A stretch of DNA of 64,000 nt from Alphaproteobacteria bacterium (GCA_964291415.2 OZ219918.1:448001-512000), one strand, 5' to 3'; numbered from the stretch's first letter, positions 19,585 through 28,406 are shown. Notes: a model not told the origin generated them from the letters alone. Numbers and translations are program-made.

Positions 19585-21402
19585 ATGCCTTCCGAAGAAA
19601 CCGTGAGTTCCCAACAGGAGCTCCCCGGCGCCGCCGACCAGATGTCGGCGGCGCCGGCTTTCGTCGATGCGGATATTGTTGTGACCAATGTGCACAAGAC
19701 GTTCGGCGTCACGCGCGCGCTCGACGGAGTTTCCTTCAGTGCACGATGCGGCGAGATTCACGCTATCGTGGGTGGCAACGGTTGCGGCAAATCAACTCTG
19801 GCCAAGGTCATTTCGGGCGTCCTTCCCATCGACAGCGGTCAGGTGTCGGTTCTGGGACATGCACCCGGCAGCCCGCGCGAAGCGCGTCTGGCAGGCATCG
19901 CGACGGTCTTCCAGGAAGTTCTGGTGGCTGACCATCTGACGGTGCTCGACAATCTGTATGTCGGCGCTGACGGTCTCTGGTCCAAATCCCTGTCGTTCCG
20001 CGAAAAGTATGCAAGGGGCGAAGCCTTGATGCGTGACCTCAGCGGGGTTGATATCGACCCTGACGAGATCGTCGGTGGCTTGTCGCTGTCGATCAAGCAG
20101 TGGATCACCATCGGCCGCGCATTGATACAGGAACCCCGCGTCCTCATCCTCGATGAGTCCTCTGCAGCCCTCGATTTCGATTCGACCGAGAAGCTCTTCG
20201 AGAAGATGCGCGAACTGCGCGACAAGGGCGCCGCCGTGCTCATCGTGACCCATCGCATTGCCGAGCTGATTCGCGTATCCGACCGCGCCACGGTGCTGCG
20301 TGACGGGCGCGACGTTGGTGTACTGGCCAAGGAGGAAGTGACCGAACAGAACCTCTTGGGCCTGATGACCGGGAGGAGCCAGTCCACCGAGAGCGACGCC
20401 ACCAACTCGGTGGCGCCGGCCCGCGACGACACCGTGATGAGTGTACGTGGGCTCAAGGTTTGGGAAGGCAGCAAGGGTATCGACTTCGATCTCCACCGTG
20501 GCGAGGTGGTGGGTGTCGCCGGACTCGACGGGCAGGGCCAGGATGAGTTCGTGCGCGTGCTCGCCGGCGTCCAGCCCGCACTCGAAGGCGTACCCCTGGT
20601 GCGCAGTGGGCCCGGCAATCTGGCCGAGCTTCACGGACTTGAGGACGCTGATCGATTCCGTGTCGCCTACGTCTCGGGCGATCGCAAGCAGGAGGGAATC
20701 TTCCCCAACCTCTCGGTTTTCGAGAACCTTGCAATCGCGCTCTATCCCAGGGAACTGAAGACGCGCTTCGGCAATGTTATCGACTGGCCTTCACTGGCCA
20801 GCGTGTTCGAAAACTGGCGCCAGAAGCTCTCCATCAAGATCGGTTTGGCGTCCGACAAGGTCACATCGCTGTCGGGCGGCAATCAGCAGAAGGTGCTGAT
20901 CGGTCGCGCGATGGCCCTCAACCCGAGAATCCTTGTGCTCAACGACCCGGCGCGCGGCATCGACGTTGAGGCCAAGCGCGAACTTTATGATCATCTGCGC
21001 GACTTTGCCGCCCGAGGCGAATCCGTGGTCTTCATGTCGAGCGAACTTGAGGAGTTCATTGGACTTTGCACGCGCGTGATCGTGTTCCGTCATGGCGAGA
21101 TCTTCGACGCGTTCGCTGGCGACGACATCGAGCCGGCGCGCCTCCTCGAGGCCATGTTCGGCCAGACCTCCGGTCGTGGGGCCCGCCTTGCCGCGGGCGC
21201 GGATTCGGGACCAGCCGTTGTGGACAGTGATCCTGTGCCAGAGTCCGAGCGGGAAGCGCCGCGCAGGCAACATCGACCTCGGCCAGATGCAATCCGGATC
21301 ATTGACTTCGATGCCGAACGCAGGGAGCACCGCAGTCAGGGTGCAGTGGACACTCGGCAACCTGCGGAAAAGCGCATGAAGATAGTCTATTCGGACGGCT
21401 GA
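19585..21402 (+). CDS. CUT2 sugar ABC ATPase (two NBDs) with a disordered, motif-bearing C-terminal tail
   Basis: Walker A GGNGCGKS, ILDES, VTH; second NBD GLDGQGQ, LSGGNQQK, LNDP; about 80 extra residues after LLEAMFG; start uncertain (19585/19642). Confidence 0.9.
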   Translation: MPSEETVSSQQELPGAADQMSAAPAFVDADIVVTNVHKTFGVTRALDGVSFSARCGEIHAIVGGNGCGKSTLAKVISGVLPIDSGQVSVLGHAPGSPREARLAGIATVFQEVLVADHLTVLDNLYVGADGLWSKSLSFREKYARGEALMRDLSGVDIDPDEIVGGLSLSIKQWITIGRALIQEPRVLILDESSAALDFDSTEKLFEKMRELRDKGAAVLIVTHRIAELIRVSDRATVLRDGRDVGVLAKEEVTEQNLLGLMTGRSQSTESDATNSVAPARDDTVMSVRGLKVWEGSKGIDFDLHRGEVVGVAGLDGQGQDEFVRVLAGVQPALEGVPLVRSGPGNLAELHGLEDADRFRVAYVSGDRKQEGIFPNLSVFENLAIALYPRELKTRFGNVIDWPSLASVFENWRQKLSIKIGLASDKVTSLSGGNQQKVLIGRAMALNPRILVLNDPARGIDVEAKRELYDHLRDFAARGESVVFMSSELEEFIGLCTRVIVFRHGEIFDAFAGDDIEPARLLEAMFGQTSGRGARLAAGADSGPAVVDSDPVPESEREAPRRQHRPRPDAIRIIDFDAERREHRSQGAVDTRQPAEKRMKIVYSDG

Positions 21403-21413
21403 GGGCGGGAGCG

Positions 21414-21770
21414 ATGGAAATGAAGCGCATGAAGATCGTGGAGTTTGATGACGAGGGAAGGCCGGTCGAACGGCAGGGACCGACTGCATCTCCGCGCGTG
21501 ACGTCGGAATGCAGCGGGCCGGTCAGGATCGTGGCCTTTGGTGATGAACCCGAGGACAACCTCGGCGTGGAGACTGCACCGGACGCGCCGAAGATAAAGA
21601 TCAGGGAGTTTGATGGCGCTGGCGCGCCGAGACCGGCGGGTGAGCCAATGCGCTTTCGTATCCCGTCGGAAAAGAGCATCAGGGTTGTCGAGTTCGATGA
21701 CGACGGCAAGCCCAGGCGGCGCGAGAATGGTTCGGGTGCGCGTGGCATCAAGATTGTCGAGTTTGACTGA
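21414..21770 (+). CDS. small protein of five [IMV][KR][IV]xxF[DG] repeats; may be the frameshifted tail of the ATPase
   Basis: MKIVEFD, VRIVAFG, IKIREFD, IRVVEFD, IKIVEFD-stop; GGGAG lies 8 nt before the ATG at 21420. Confidence 0.7.
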   Translation: MEMKRMKIVEFDDEGRPVERQGPTASPRVTSECSGPVRIVAFGDEPEDNLGVETAPDAPKIKIREFDGAGAPRPAGEPMRFRIPSEKSIRVVEFDDDGKPRRRENGSGARGIKIVEFD

Positions 21771-21821
21771 GCATCTGCCTTCCGGCCGGCGGGAAGGAAT
21801 GCGGAAAAGGGAAGGGCGAGC

Positions 21822-24044
21822 ATGAGCGAAACCGACGTCAGACGTCCGTCCTCGTCGGCCCATTCGTTTCTCATGGTGCCGATCATTCTGCTGTTCGTGC
21901 TGATCGTGGTCGCCGTACTCAGAAGTCCCAGTCTGGTAACGGGGCCGGGTCTGGGCAGCGCTGTCATTGTCGCTGCGCCGCTGATCCTGGCGACCTACGC
22001 GCTGACTGTTATCGTGATGGCGGGCCGTGGCGGCGTCGATCTTTCGATAGGACCGCTCATCGGTTTCATCAACGTCACCATGATTCAGCTTCATGCGGTC
22101 GGGGTCGTGACGTCGGTGGTCGATGTTTTCCTGTACGCGATTGCCGTGGGCATCGCCTATCAGCTGATCATGGGACTGATCATCTGTTACGTGCGGATTC
22201 AGCCCATTATCGTGGCGCTGGCAGGCTTTCTGACACTTGCGGGGCTCAATCTCGTCATACTGCCGCGGCCAGGCGGAGTCGCACCGCAGTGGATGAGTTC
22301 CTGGGCTCTGGGCGAGTCGATCTGGACACCTGTGCTGGCGATTCTCGCCGTCGCGACTGCCGCTTGGTTCCTGTTCACGCGCACCGCCTTTTTCAACCAT
22401 CTGCGCATCATGGGCGCGGACGAGAGAACTGCCTACACAGCGGGCGTCAACATCGTCGTCGTGCGGCTGGGCGCACATGTCGTCGCGGGAGTCTATGCCG
22501 GACTTGCGGCAATCTGTTTCACGTCGTTGATCAGTTCCGGAGACCCGACTCAGGGCAGCACCTATACGCTGATGGCCGTGACAGCGCTCGTTCTGGGCGG
22601 CACGAGCCTGGCCGGCGGACGCGGCAGTATCATCGGATCGCTGTTGGGGGCGCTGAACATCTATCTCATCACCTATGTGCTCGCGACGTTCAACTTCGGC
22701 ATGGTGCAGAGCTTTGTCACCCAGCTCGCCTATGGCGTGATTCTGGTTGTTGCCTTGCTGCTCACGATTCTTCTTCCACAGATCCAGCGCGCCATGCGTT
22801 ACGTGTCGCCCTATGTCGTGTTCGCTTTCCTCGGTCTCACCGCCGCCGGAGCGATGCTCTATGCCCAGGACGTCGTGCTCGAGACCGTTGGAACGTCGCT
22901 CGCCGGGACCTCGCTGAGCGGCCAGTCGCTCAGCGGGCAGTCTCTCAGTGGAACCTCGTTGAGTGGCACGTCCCTGACGACTCAGGCCGAAGCGCCTGCC
23001 GATCCTACCGGTACACCCATCGTCGTCGCGGCGGTGGTGATCGCTGCAGCGGTTTACCTTATCTGGCTGCTTTACAGGCATCTGAATTTCGCGACCGTCG
23101 CTCTGATTGGCGTCGTTTCACTAATCGTATTGGGCTATGCGGTCCATGATGGAGGCATACCCGAGCAGCGCTCCGTGGAGATGGTCGGCAACTGGGCGAT
23201 GGAAAAGGCACAGACCCCGTTCGTACTAGGTGCCGAGAAGCCACCTGAACCGGCAGTGCAGGTGCTGTCATTCGAGGAGTCACCGCTTTTCGGTGCGGCA
23301 CTGGCGGGTGCCGGGACGCTGGTTCTCGGCACCATTCTGATCTTCACGACGGTGCCACAGATACAGCAGCGGAGGGTCGGTGAAAACTCGCTGCTTTTCA
23401 TGTCTGTCGTCGGCTTGATCATAGCCGCGGGATTGATCTACTGGCTGCAGGATGGCGCTGGAGCAAGCAAGCTGTTCGCGGGTGCGCTCGGTGCGCTGGT
23501 TGTAGGCGCCATGCTTTTCGTGGTGACGCTCCCCCGGTTCCAGGACCGCATCCGGAACATCACCATGGTGATGGTGACGCTGATTGCGCTCGTGGCGCTG
23601 ATCAGCACGTTCCTTGCAAATGTTCCGCCCCTGTCGACGAGTCCTGTGCCGCTGTTGACCGCAGCGGCTCCTGAACCTCTGGAAGCGGCCGCACTGTCAA
23701 ACGGCTTTTTCCTTGCAGTCGTACTGCTTCTTGTCGCGGGCGTGACCCTCTATCTTCTGGTGATTCCGGGCGTGCGTCGCCACGTCATGTCGAACGTGCC
23801 GCTTGGCGCAGGGATCCGTTCCTACTCCTACACCACGTTGTTTGTTTCGGTCAGCGCCACGGCCTTCGCTTGTGCGGTGCTGATGGTTGCAGGTGCGCCG
23901 TTGTGGAAAGTCGTGGTCGCCGCACTTGCCGTGCTGATAGCAACCAAGTTCGGTTACCACTTCTTGCGTGATTACCGGCGCAGGCGCCCAACCGTGCCTC
24001 GTCTCAAGACACCGCGAGCCCTTCGGGTGTCGAGGAGGGTCTGA
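21822..24044 (+). CDS. sugar ABC permease (RbsC-like core) with a ~400-aa multi-TM C-terminal extension
   Basis: GVDLSIG, IQPIIVAL, GADERTAYTAG, LGGTSLAGGRGS core, then SLSG(T/Q) repeats and many extra hydrophobic segments. Confidence 0.88.
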   Translation: MSETDVRRPSSSAHSFLMVPIILLFVLIVVAVLRSPSLVTGPGLGSAVIVAAPLILATYALTVIVMAGRGGVDLSIGPLIGFINVTMIQLHAVGVVTSVVDVFLYAIAVGIAYQLIMGLIICYVRIQPIIVALAGFLTLAGLNLVILPRPGGVAPQWMSSWALGESIWTPVLAILAVATAAWFLFTRTAFFNHLRIMGADERTAYTAGVNIVVVRLGAHVVAGVYAGLAAICFTSLISSGDPTQGSTYTLMAVTALVLGGTSLAGGRGSIIGSLLGALNIYLITYVLATFNFGMVQSFVTQLAYGVILVVALLLTILLPQIQRAMRYVSPYVVFAFLGLTAAGAMLYAQDVVLETVGTSLAGTSLSGQSLSGQSLSGTSLSGTSLTTQAEAPADPTGTPIVVAAVVIAAAVYLIWLLYRHLNFATVALIGVVSLIVLGYAVHDGGIPEQRSVEMVGNWAMEKAQTPFVLGAEKPPEPAVQVLSFEESPLFGAALAGAGTLVLGTILIFTTVPQIQQRRVGENSLLFMSVVGLIIAAGLIYWLQDGAGASKLFAGALGALVVGAMLFVVTLPRFQDRIRNITMVMVTLIALVALISTFLANVPPLSTSPVPLLTAAAPEPLEAAALSNGFFLAVVLLLVAGVTLYLLVIPGVRRHVMSNVPLGAGIRSYSYTTLFVSVSATAFACAVLMVAGAPLWKVVVAALAVLIATKFGYHFLRDYRRRRPTVPRLKTPRALRVSRRV
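22890..22979 (+). repeat. in-frame 15-bp imperfect tandem repeat encoding G(T/Q)SL(S/A) x6
   Basis: GTSLA-GTSLS-GQSLS-GQSLS-GTSLS-GTSLT with synonymous codon variation. Confidence 0.9.
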
Positions 24045-25468
24045 TGAAGCCCACACAGCACCGCTTCTACAAGTGGCTCGGGTTCCTCTTCGCGCTCCTG
24101 GTTGCCGGCGGCAGCGTGATTCTCGGAATCGTCGAGGAGATTGAAGCCCAGTACATTCTGTTCTCGGCGATCGCCACCTTCGCCATCGTGCTGTGGGCTT
24201 GGCATCACTTCTCGGTCCGCTGGGTCTACGATCTCGACGGCATGGCGCTCGATAGCATGAGCCGGGAGAATCGGGGATCGTCGGAAGAGCCGTCCGAAGT
24301 GCCGCATCACGAGCAAAGCACGGGCCGCTACGTGCGATTCCTCGCGCTCGAATACAAGCACATCATCATCGGTTTCCTGATTTTGCTTGGGTTGTTCCTG
24401 ATTGTCGCCTTCTCGGTGGAGGATTTCTGGACCTGGAACAACATCATCGCTTCTGTCGTCGTGGCGGTGTTCATCGGCATCGCCTTCATGCTCAATCGAA
24501 CGGTCTCCGAGAACTCGTCAGCCTTCATCGGCGTCACGGTCCTGCTTGGTCTTTTCATTGTCGGCTCGCTTGTCGTCGACGGCTTCTTCTCGGCGATCAA
24601 CATCAAGTCAATGCTGGTCTTTGCATCCTTTCTCGGGCTTGCATGCGTCGGTCAGACACTTGTTGTCCTGCTGGGTGGGCTGGATCTCTCGATTCCCTTC
24701 GTCATCGGTTCAGCCAACGTAGCGTTGCTCTATCTCCTGGGGCTCGGCGTGCCGTCCTGGTTCGCGGTGATCGCGATCCTGATCCTCGGGGCCATCATCG
24801 GGGTCATCAACGGCCTCCTCAGTTTTCGACTGCAGGGCCAGGCACTGATCGTCACGCTCGGTGTGGGCTTTGCGGTCGCAGGTGGCACGCAGATTCTGAC
24901 AAGCATCGGTACACGCTATTCGGGCAACGTCTTCGGCGTGGTGCCCGAGTGGCTCACCAATATCGCAGCGATGAATGGACGCACCTTCGGGCTCGACTTT
25001 CCGCCGGTGATCGTGATCTGGATCGCTGCGGCAATCTTGCTCACCATCGCGATGCGCAACACGGTCTTTGGGCGCAGGCTCTATGCGCTGGGTGGCAGCC
25101 GCAGAGCGGCCAGGCGTCTATCGATCTCGGAGCGCAATTACTGGATTGCGGTCTACGGAGCATCGGGCTGCATCGCGGCGATGACTGGAGCCCTGCTGCT
25201 GGGCTGGTCGGGTGGCGGCTTCATCGGTGTCGGGGATCCTTACCTCTTCATGACACTTGCTGCTGTGGTGATTGGTGGCACCTCGCTCCTGGGCGGCTGG
25301 GGCGGTTATGGCTTCACCGTAATCGGTGTGCTCGTACTGCAGGTGCTGTCGTCCTTTCTGGTCGGCATCGGCCTGTCCTTCGAGGGCCAGCAGTTCGTTT
25401 TCGGCCTGCTGATCCTGCCCATGGTCGCCATGTATGCCCGCTCGCCGCACATTCGAACACAGATCTGA
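24044..25468 (+). CDS. second sugar ABC permease with an N-terminal extension
   Basis: GQTLVVLLGGLDLS, GRRLYALG, AAVVIGGTSLLGG; about 160-aa extra N-terminus. Confidence 0.9.
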   Translation: MKPTQHRFYKWLGFLFALLVAGGSVILGIVEEIEAQYILFSAIATFAIVLWAWHHFSVRWVYDLDGMALDSMSRENRGSSEEPSEVPHHEQSTGRYVRFLALEYKHIIIGFLILLGLFLIVAFSVEDFWTWNNIIASVVVAVFIGIAFMLNRTVSENSSAFIGVTVLLGLFIVGSLVVDGFFSAINIKSMLVFASFLGLACVGQTLVVLLGGLDLSIPFVIGSANVALLYLLGLGVPSWFAVIAILILGAIIGVINGLLSFRLQGQALIVTLGVGFAVAGGTQILTSIGTRYSGNVFGVVPEWLTNIAAMNGRTFGLDFPPVIVIWIAAAILLTIAMRNTVFGRRLYALGGSRRAARRLSISERNYWIAVYGASGCIAAMTGALLLGWSGGGFIGVGDPYLFMTLAAVVIGGTSLLGGWGGYGFTVIGVLVLQVLSSFLVGIGLSFEGQQFVFGLLILPMVAMYARSPHIRTQI

Positions 25469-25513
25469 ACGAGGCAGGTATGACATCAGGACGCCCTATC
25501 GAGGAACGACACC

Positions 25514-26236
25514 ATGAGTGAGATGCTGCAACCAAATGACATCGTCGGCATGTCATTCTGGCTCATGACCCTCGCCATGGCGGGTGCGGCAGCATTCTTC
25601 CTGCTGGAGCGTCGTCGCGTGGAGCGCCGCTGGCAGGCGGCGCTGACCACGCTCGGCGTCGCCATGCTGGTCTCGGCACTGAGCTATGTGAATCTCGCGG
25701 GCGTCTGGGCAGGCAAGGGCGAAGTGTCGACGATTTACCGTTTCGCCGAGTGGCAGCTGACGGTGCCGCTCCTTACAGTGACCTTCTACCTGGTGCTGTG
25801 TGCGGTGACGAAGGTTCCAGCAGCATTGTTCTGGCGCCTTCTGGTGGCCTCGGGTGTACTCACGGCTGCGGGTTACCTCGGTTCGGCGGGCTTCGTCAGC
25901 CCAACACTGGGCTTCCTCGTTGCGCTCGCCGGCGGTCTCTACATCCTGGGCGAAATCTACCTTGGCGAGGCGGGAAGGCTCAATGCCAACAGCGGCAATC
26001 AGAAGGCCCAGACCGCGTTCAGCGCGATGCGCCTTATCGCAACCATCGGCTGGGCGATCTATCCGCTGGGCTACTTCATGGAGTACCTGGGCGGCGGCGT
26101 CGACAATGAAGCGATCAATCTGATCTACAACCTCGCTGATTTTCTCAACAAGCTCGCATTTGGCCTCATCGTCTGGCAGGCCGCGGCGAACGACAGGGAA
26201 GCGGACGGAAATCGCTCGCCGCTGTCAGGCGCATGA
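25514..26236 (+). CDS. proteorhodopsin-like microbial rhodopsin, flotillin-associated type, ETT motif
   Basis: Seven hydrophobic segments; VGMSFW, helix C YRFAEWQLTVPLLTVTFY, helix F GWAIYPLGY, helix G IYNLADFLNK with retinal Lys213. Confidence 0.93.
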   Translation: MSEMLQPNDIVGMSFWLMTLAMAGAAAFFLLERRRVERRWQAALTTLGVAMLVSALSYVNLAGVWAGKGEVSTIYRFAEWQLTVPLLTVTFYLVLCAVTKVPAALFWRLLVASGVLTAAGYLGSAGFVSPTLGFLVALAGGLYILGEIYLGEAGRLNANSGNQKAQTAFSAMRLIATIGWAIYPLGYFMEYLGGGVDNEAINLIYNLADFLNKLAFGLIVWQAAANDREADGNRSPLSGA

Positions 26237-26297
26237 GCGGACAAAGAAACAAGAGATCCGTGAACCGCGATGTGGGGCGCAGAAGGGGAGTTGAAGC

Positions 26298-28361
26298 ATG
26301 ACCGGAGCTGACATCATCACCACGATCCTGCTTGCAGGCATCCTGATCGCGGTCATCGTCTACCTGCTGTACTGGCTGTACCGGCGCTCGTCCAAGGAAG
26401 TCGCCTTCGTGCGCACAGGCCTGGGTGGCGAAAGGGTCGTCATAACCGGTGGTGCGCTTGTGCTGCCCATCGTCCACAACGTGACGCTGGTGGGAATGAA
26501 CACGTTGCGTCTGGAGGTCAGGCGGGACGGCGATCAGGCACTCATCACCAAGAACCGGATGCGCATTGACGTGGTGGCCGAGTTCACCGTGCGCGTGCGG
26601 TCTGACCCGGAGGCCGTGTCGTTGGCAGCCCAGACGCTGGGACGGCGATCCATGAGTGCCGATGATGTCAAGGAGGTTGTCCAGGGTCGTTTCGTTGATG
26701 CCCTTGCAAGCGTTGCCGCCCGGATGACCATGGACGACATCCAGGAGAACCGTGACGTCTACATGAAGGATGTCCGGGCAATCATCGAGGAGAGCGTGGC
26801 GCGCAACGGACTGGAAATCGAGGCCGTGTCGCTCACCGGCCTCGACCAGACCAGCATCGAACGGTTCAATCCGTCAAACGCCTTTGACGCCGAAGGTCTG
26901 ACCCGACTGACCGAACAGATCGAAACACGCAAGAAGGCCAGAAATGACATAGAACAGGACACGATGGTTGCGATTCGGTCGAAGAACCTCGAGGCCGAAG
27001 TCGAGGCGCTCGAAATTGACCGCAAGAGCGAATACGCGCGGCTCGAACAGGAACGCGAGGTCGCAAAGCAGCGGGCTTTGGAGAAAGCACAGATCACGAT
27101 GGAACGGGCTGCCCGGGACCGGGAGGCTCAAGAGGCGGAGATTCGCGCCGAAGAGGAAGTCGAGATTGCCCGCATTCAGCGTGAAAAGGCCCTGGAGGCC
27201 GAGCGGTCCTTGCGTGAGACGACGCTGACGGAGGAGATCGAGGCCCGGCGCAAGCACCGCAACGACGTGGAGCGCGACACCCAGATTGCGATCCGCGCGA
27301 AGGACCGTCAGGCGGAAGTGGAGATCCTGGAGATCGAGAAGGAGATCGAATTCGCAAGGCTCGGTCAGCAAGAAGCCATTGCCGGACAGCGCGCAACGCA
27401 GATGGCCGAGATTGCCAGGCGTCAGTCGAGTGGCGAGCAGGAAGCGGAGACCGCTCGCATTGCCGCGCTGGAGGCCATTGAGCGCGCTCGCATTCTTCAG
27501 GAAAGAGCGGTGGAGTCCGAGCGCATCGCGCGCAATCAGGAAGTCGATCGCCTGGAGGTGCTGCGCCGCAAGGTTCTGCAACTCGAGGAGCAGGAGCGCG
27601 CCATTGCCATCACACGCAAGGAGAAGGACAAGGCCGAGGCGCAGGCCGAAACCGAGGAGGCCCGCGCCCGGGCCGTCGAAGCCGAGGAGAAAGTCGCCTC
27701 GGCGCGGGAGCGGGAGGCTGCTGAGCGACGCAAGCTCGTCGAACTCATCGAGGCTGCTCGTGCGGTCGAGAGCGAAGCGCTCCAGCTCACCACCATTGCC
27801 GCGGCGCAGACCAACGCAGCTGAACAGAAGGCTGCGGCCGACCGTTTCGCCACACTGTCGGAGAAGCTGCGTTACGAAGTCGATGCCGAGGGCAGGCGTG
27901 CCCTCAACGAGGCGGAGAACATCCGCACCGATGACAACCGTGAACATGCTCTGCGCATGAAGCTTCTGGAGCACATCGAGGGCATCGTGCGTGAGAGCGT
28001 CAAGCCGCTGGAGAACATCGACTCCATCAAGATCCTTCAGGTCGACGGCGTACCGGGCGTCAACAGTCCGTCGGACGTTGGCCGCGGCGGAGCCGGTTCC
28101 GGTGATCCCGCCTCTGGTGGGGGCAGCATGACCGACCGCATCGTGAATTCGGCCATGAAGTATCGCACTCAGGCGGCATTCGTAGACGGCTTGATGAAGG
28201 ACCTGGGACTGCCGATGGAGCACCTCGGCAGCGCGGGTGGCCTGTCCTTCCGCAACTTTGCTGAAGCACCTCCCGAGGATGTCGCGGACGGTAAGCCGGG
28301 TGGAGACCATACCGACGACGATAACGTCGAGGACAGCGGGCCATCAGACGACGACAAATAG
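26298..28361 (+). CDS. flotillin / SPFH (band 7) family protein
   Basis: N-terminal TM, AFVRTGLGG, LITKNRMRIDV, NAFDAEGL, long Ala/Glu coiled coil, ESVKPLENIDSIKILQV. Confidence 0.93.
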   Translation: MTGADIITTILLAGILIAVIVYLLYWLYRRSSKEVAFVRTGLGGERVVITGGALVLPIVHNVTLVGMNTLRLEVRRDGDQALITKNRMRIDVVAEFTVRVRSDPEAVSLAAQTLGRRSMSADDVKEVVQGRFVDALASVAARMTMDDIQENRDVYMKDVRAIIEESVARNGLEIEAVSLTGLDQTSIERFNPSNAFDAEGLTRLTEQIETRKKARNDIEQDTMVAIRSKNLEAEVEALEIDRKSEYARLEQEREVAKQRALEKAQITMERAARDREAQEAEIRAEEEVEIARIQREKALEAERSLRETTLTEEIEARRKHRNDVERDTQIAIRAKDRQAEVEILEIEKEIEFARLGQQEAIAGQRATQMAEIARRQSSGEQEAETARIAALEAIERARILQERAVESERIARNQEVDRLEVLRRKVLQLEEQERAIAITRKEKDKAEAQAETEEARARAVEAEEKVASAREREAAERRKLVELIEAARAVESEALQLTTIAAAQTNAAEQKAAADRFATLSEKLRYEVDAEGRRALNEAENIRTDDNREHALRMKLLEHIEGIVRESVKPLENIDSIKILQVDGVPGVNSPSDVGRGGAGSGDPASGGGSMTDRIVNSAMKYRTQAAFVDGLMKDLGLPMEHLGSAGGLSFRNFAEAPPEDVADGKPGGDHTDDDNVEDSGPSDDDK

Positions 28362-28406
28362 ACGACCAGCGCAGGCGGAACGTCACTGACTTAAGGGGAC
28401 TGGGAC

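Noticed and set aside
21414-21770. Repeat peptide as a multi-core RiPP precursor
   Set aside because: No modifying enzyme, peptidase or exporter nearby, and the same motif is embedded in the ATPase tail, which favours a docking role.
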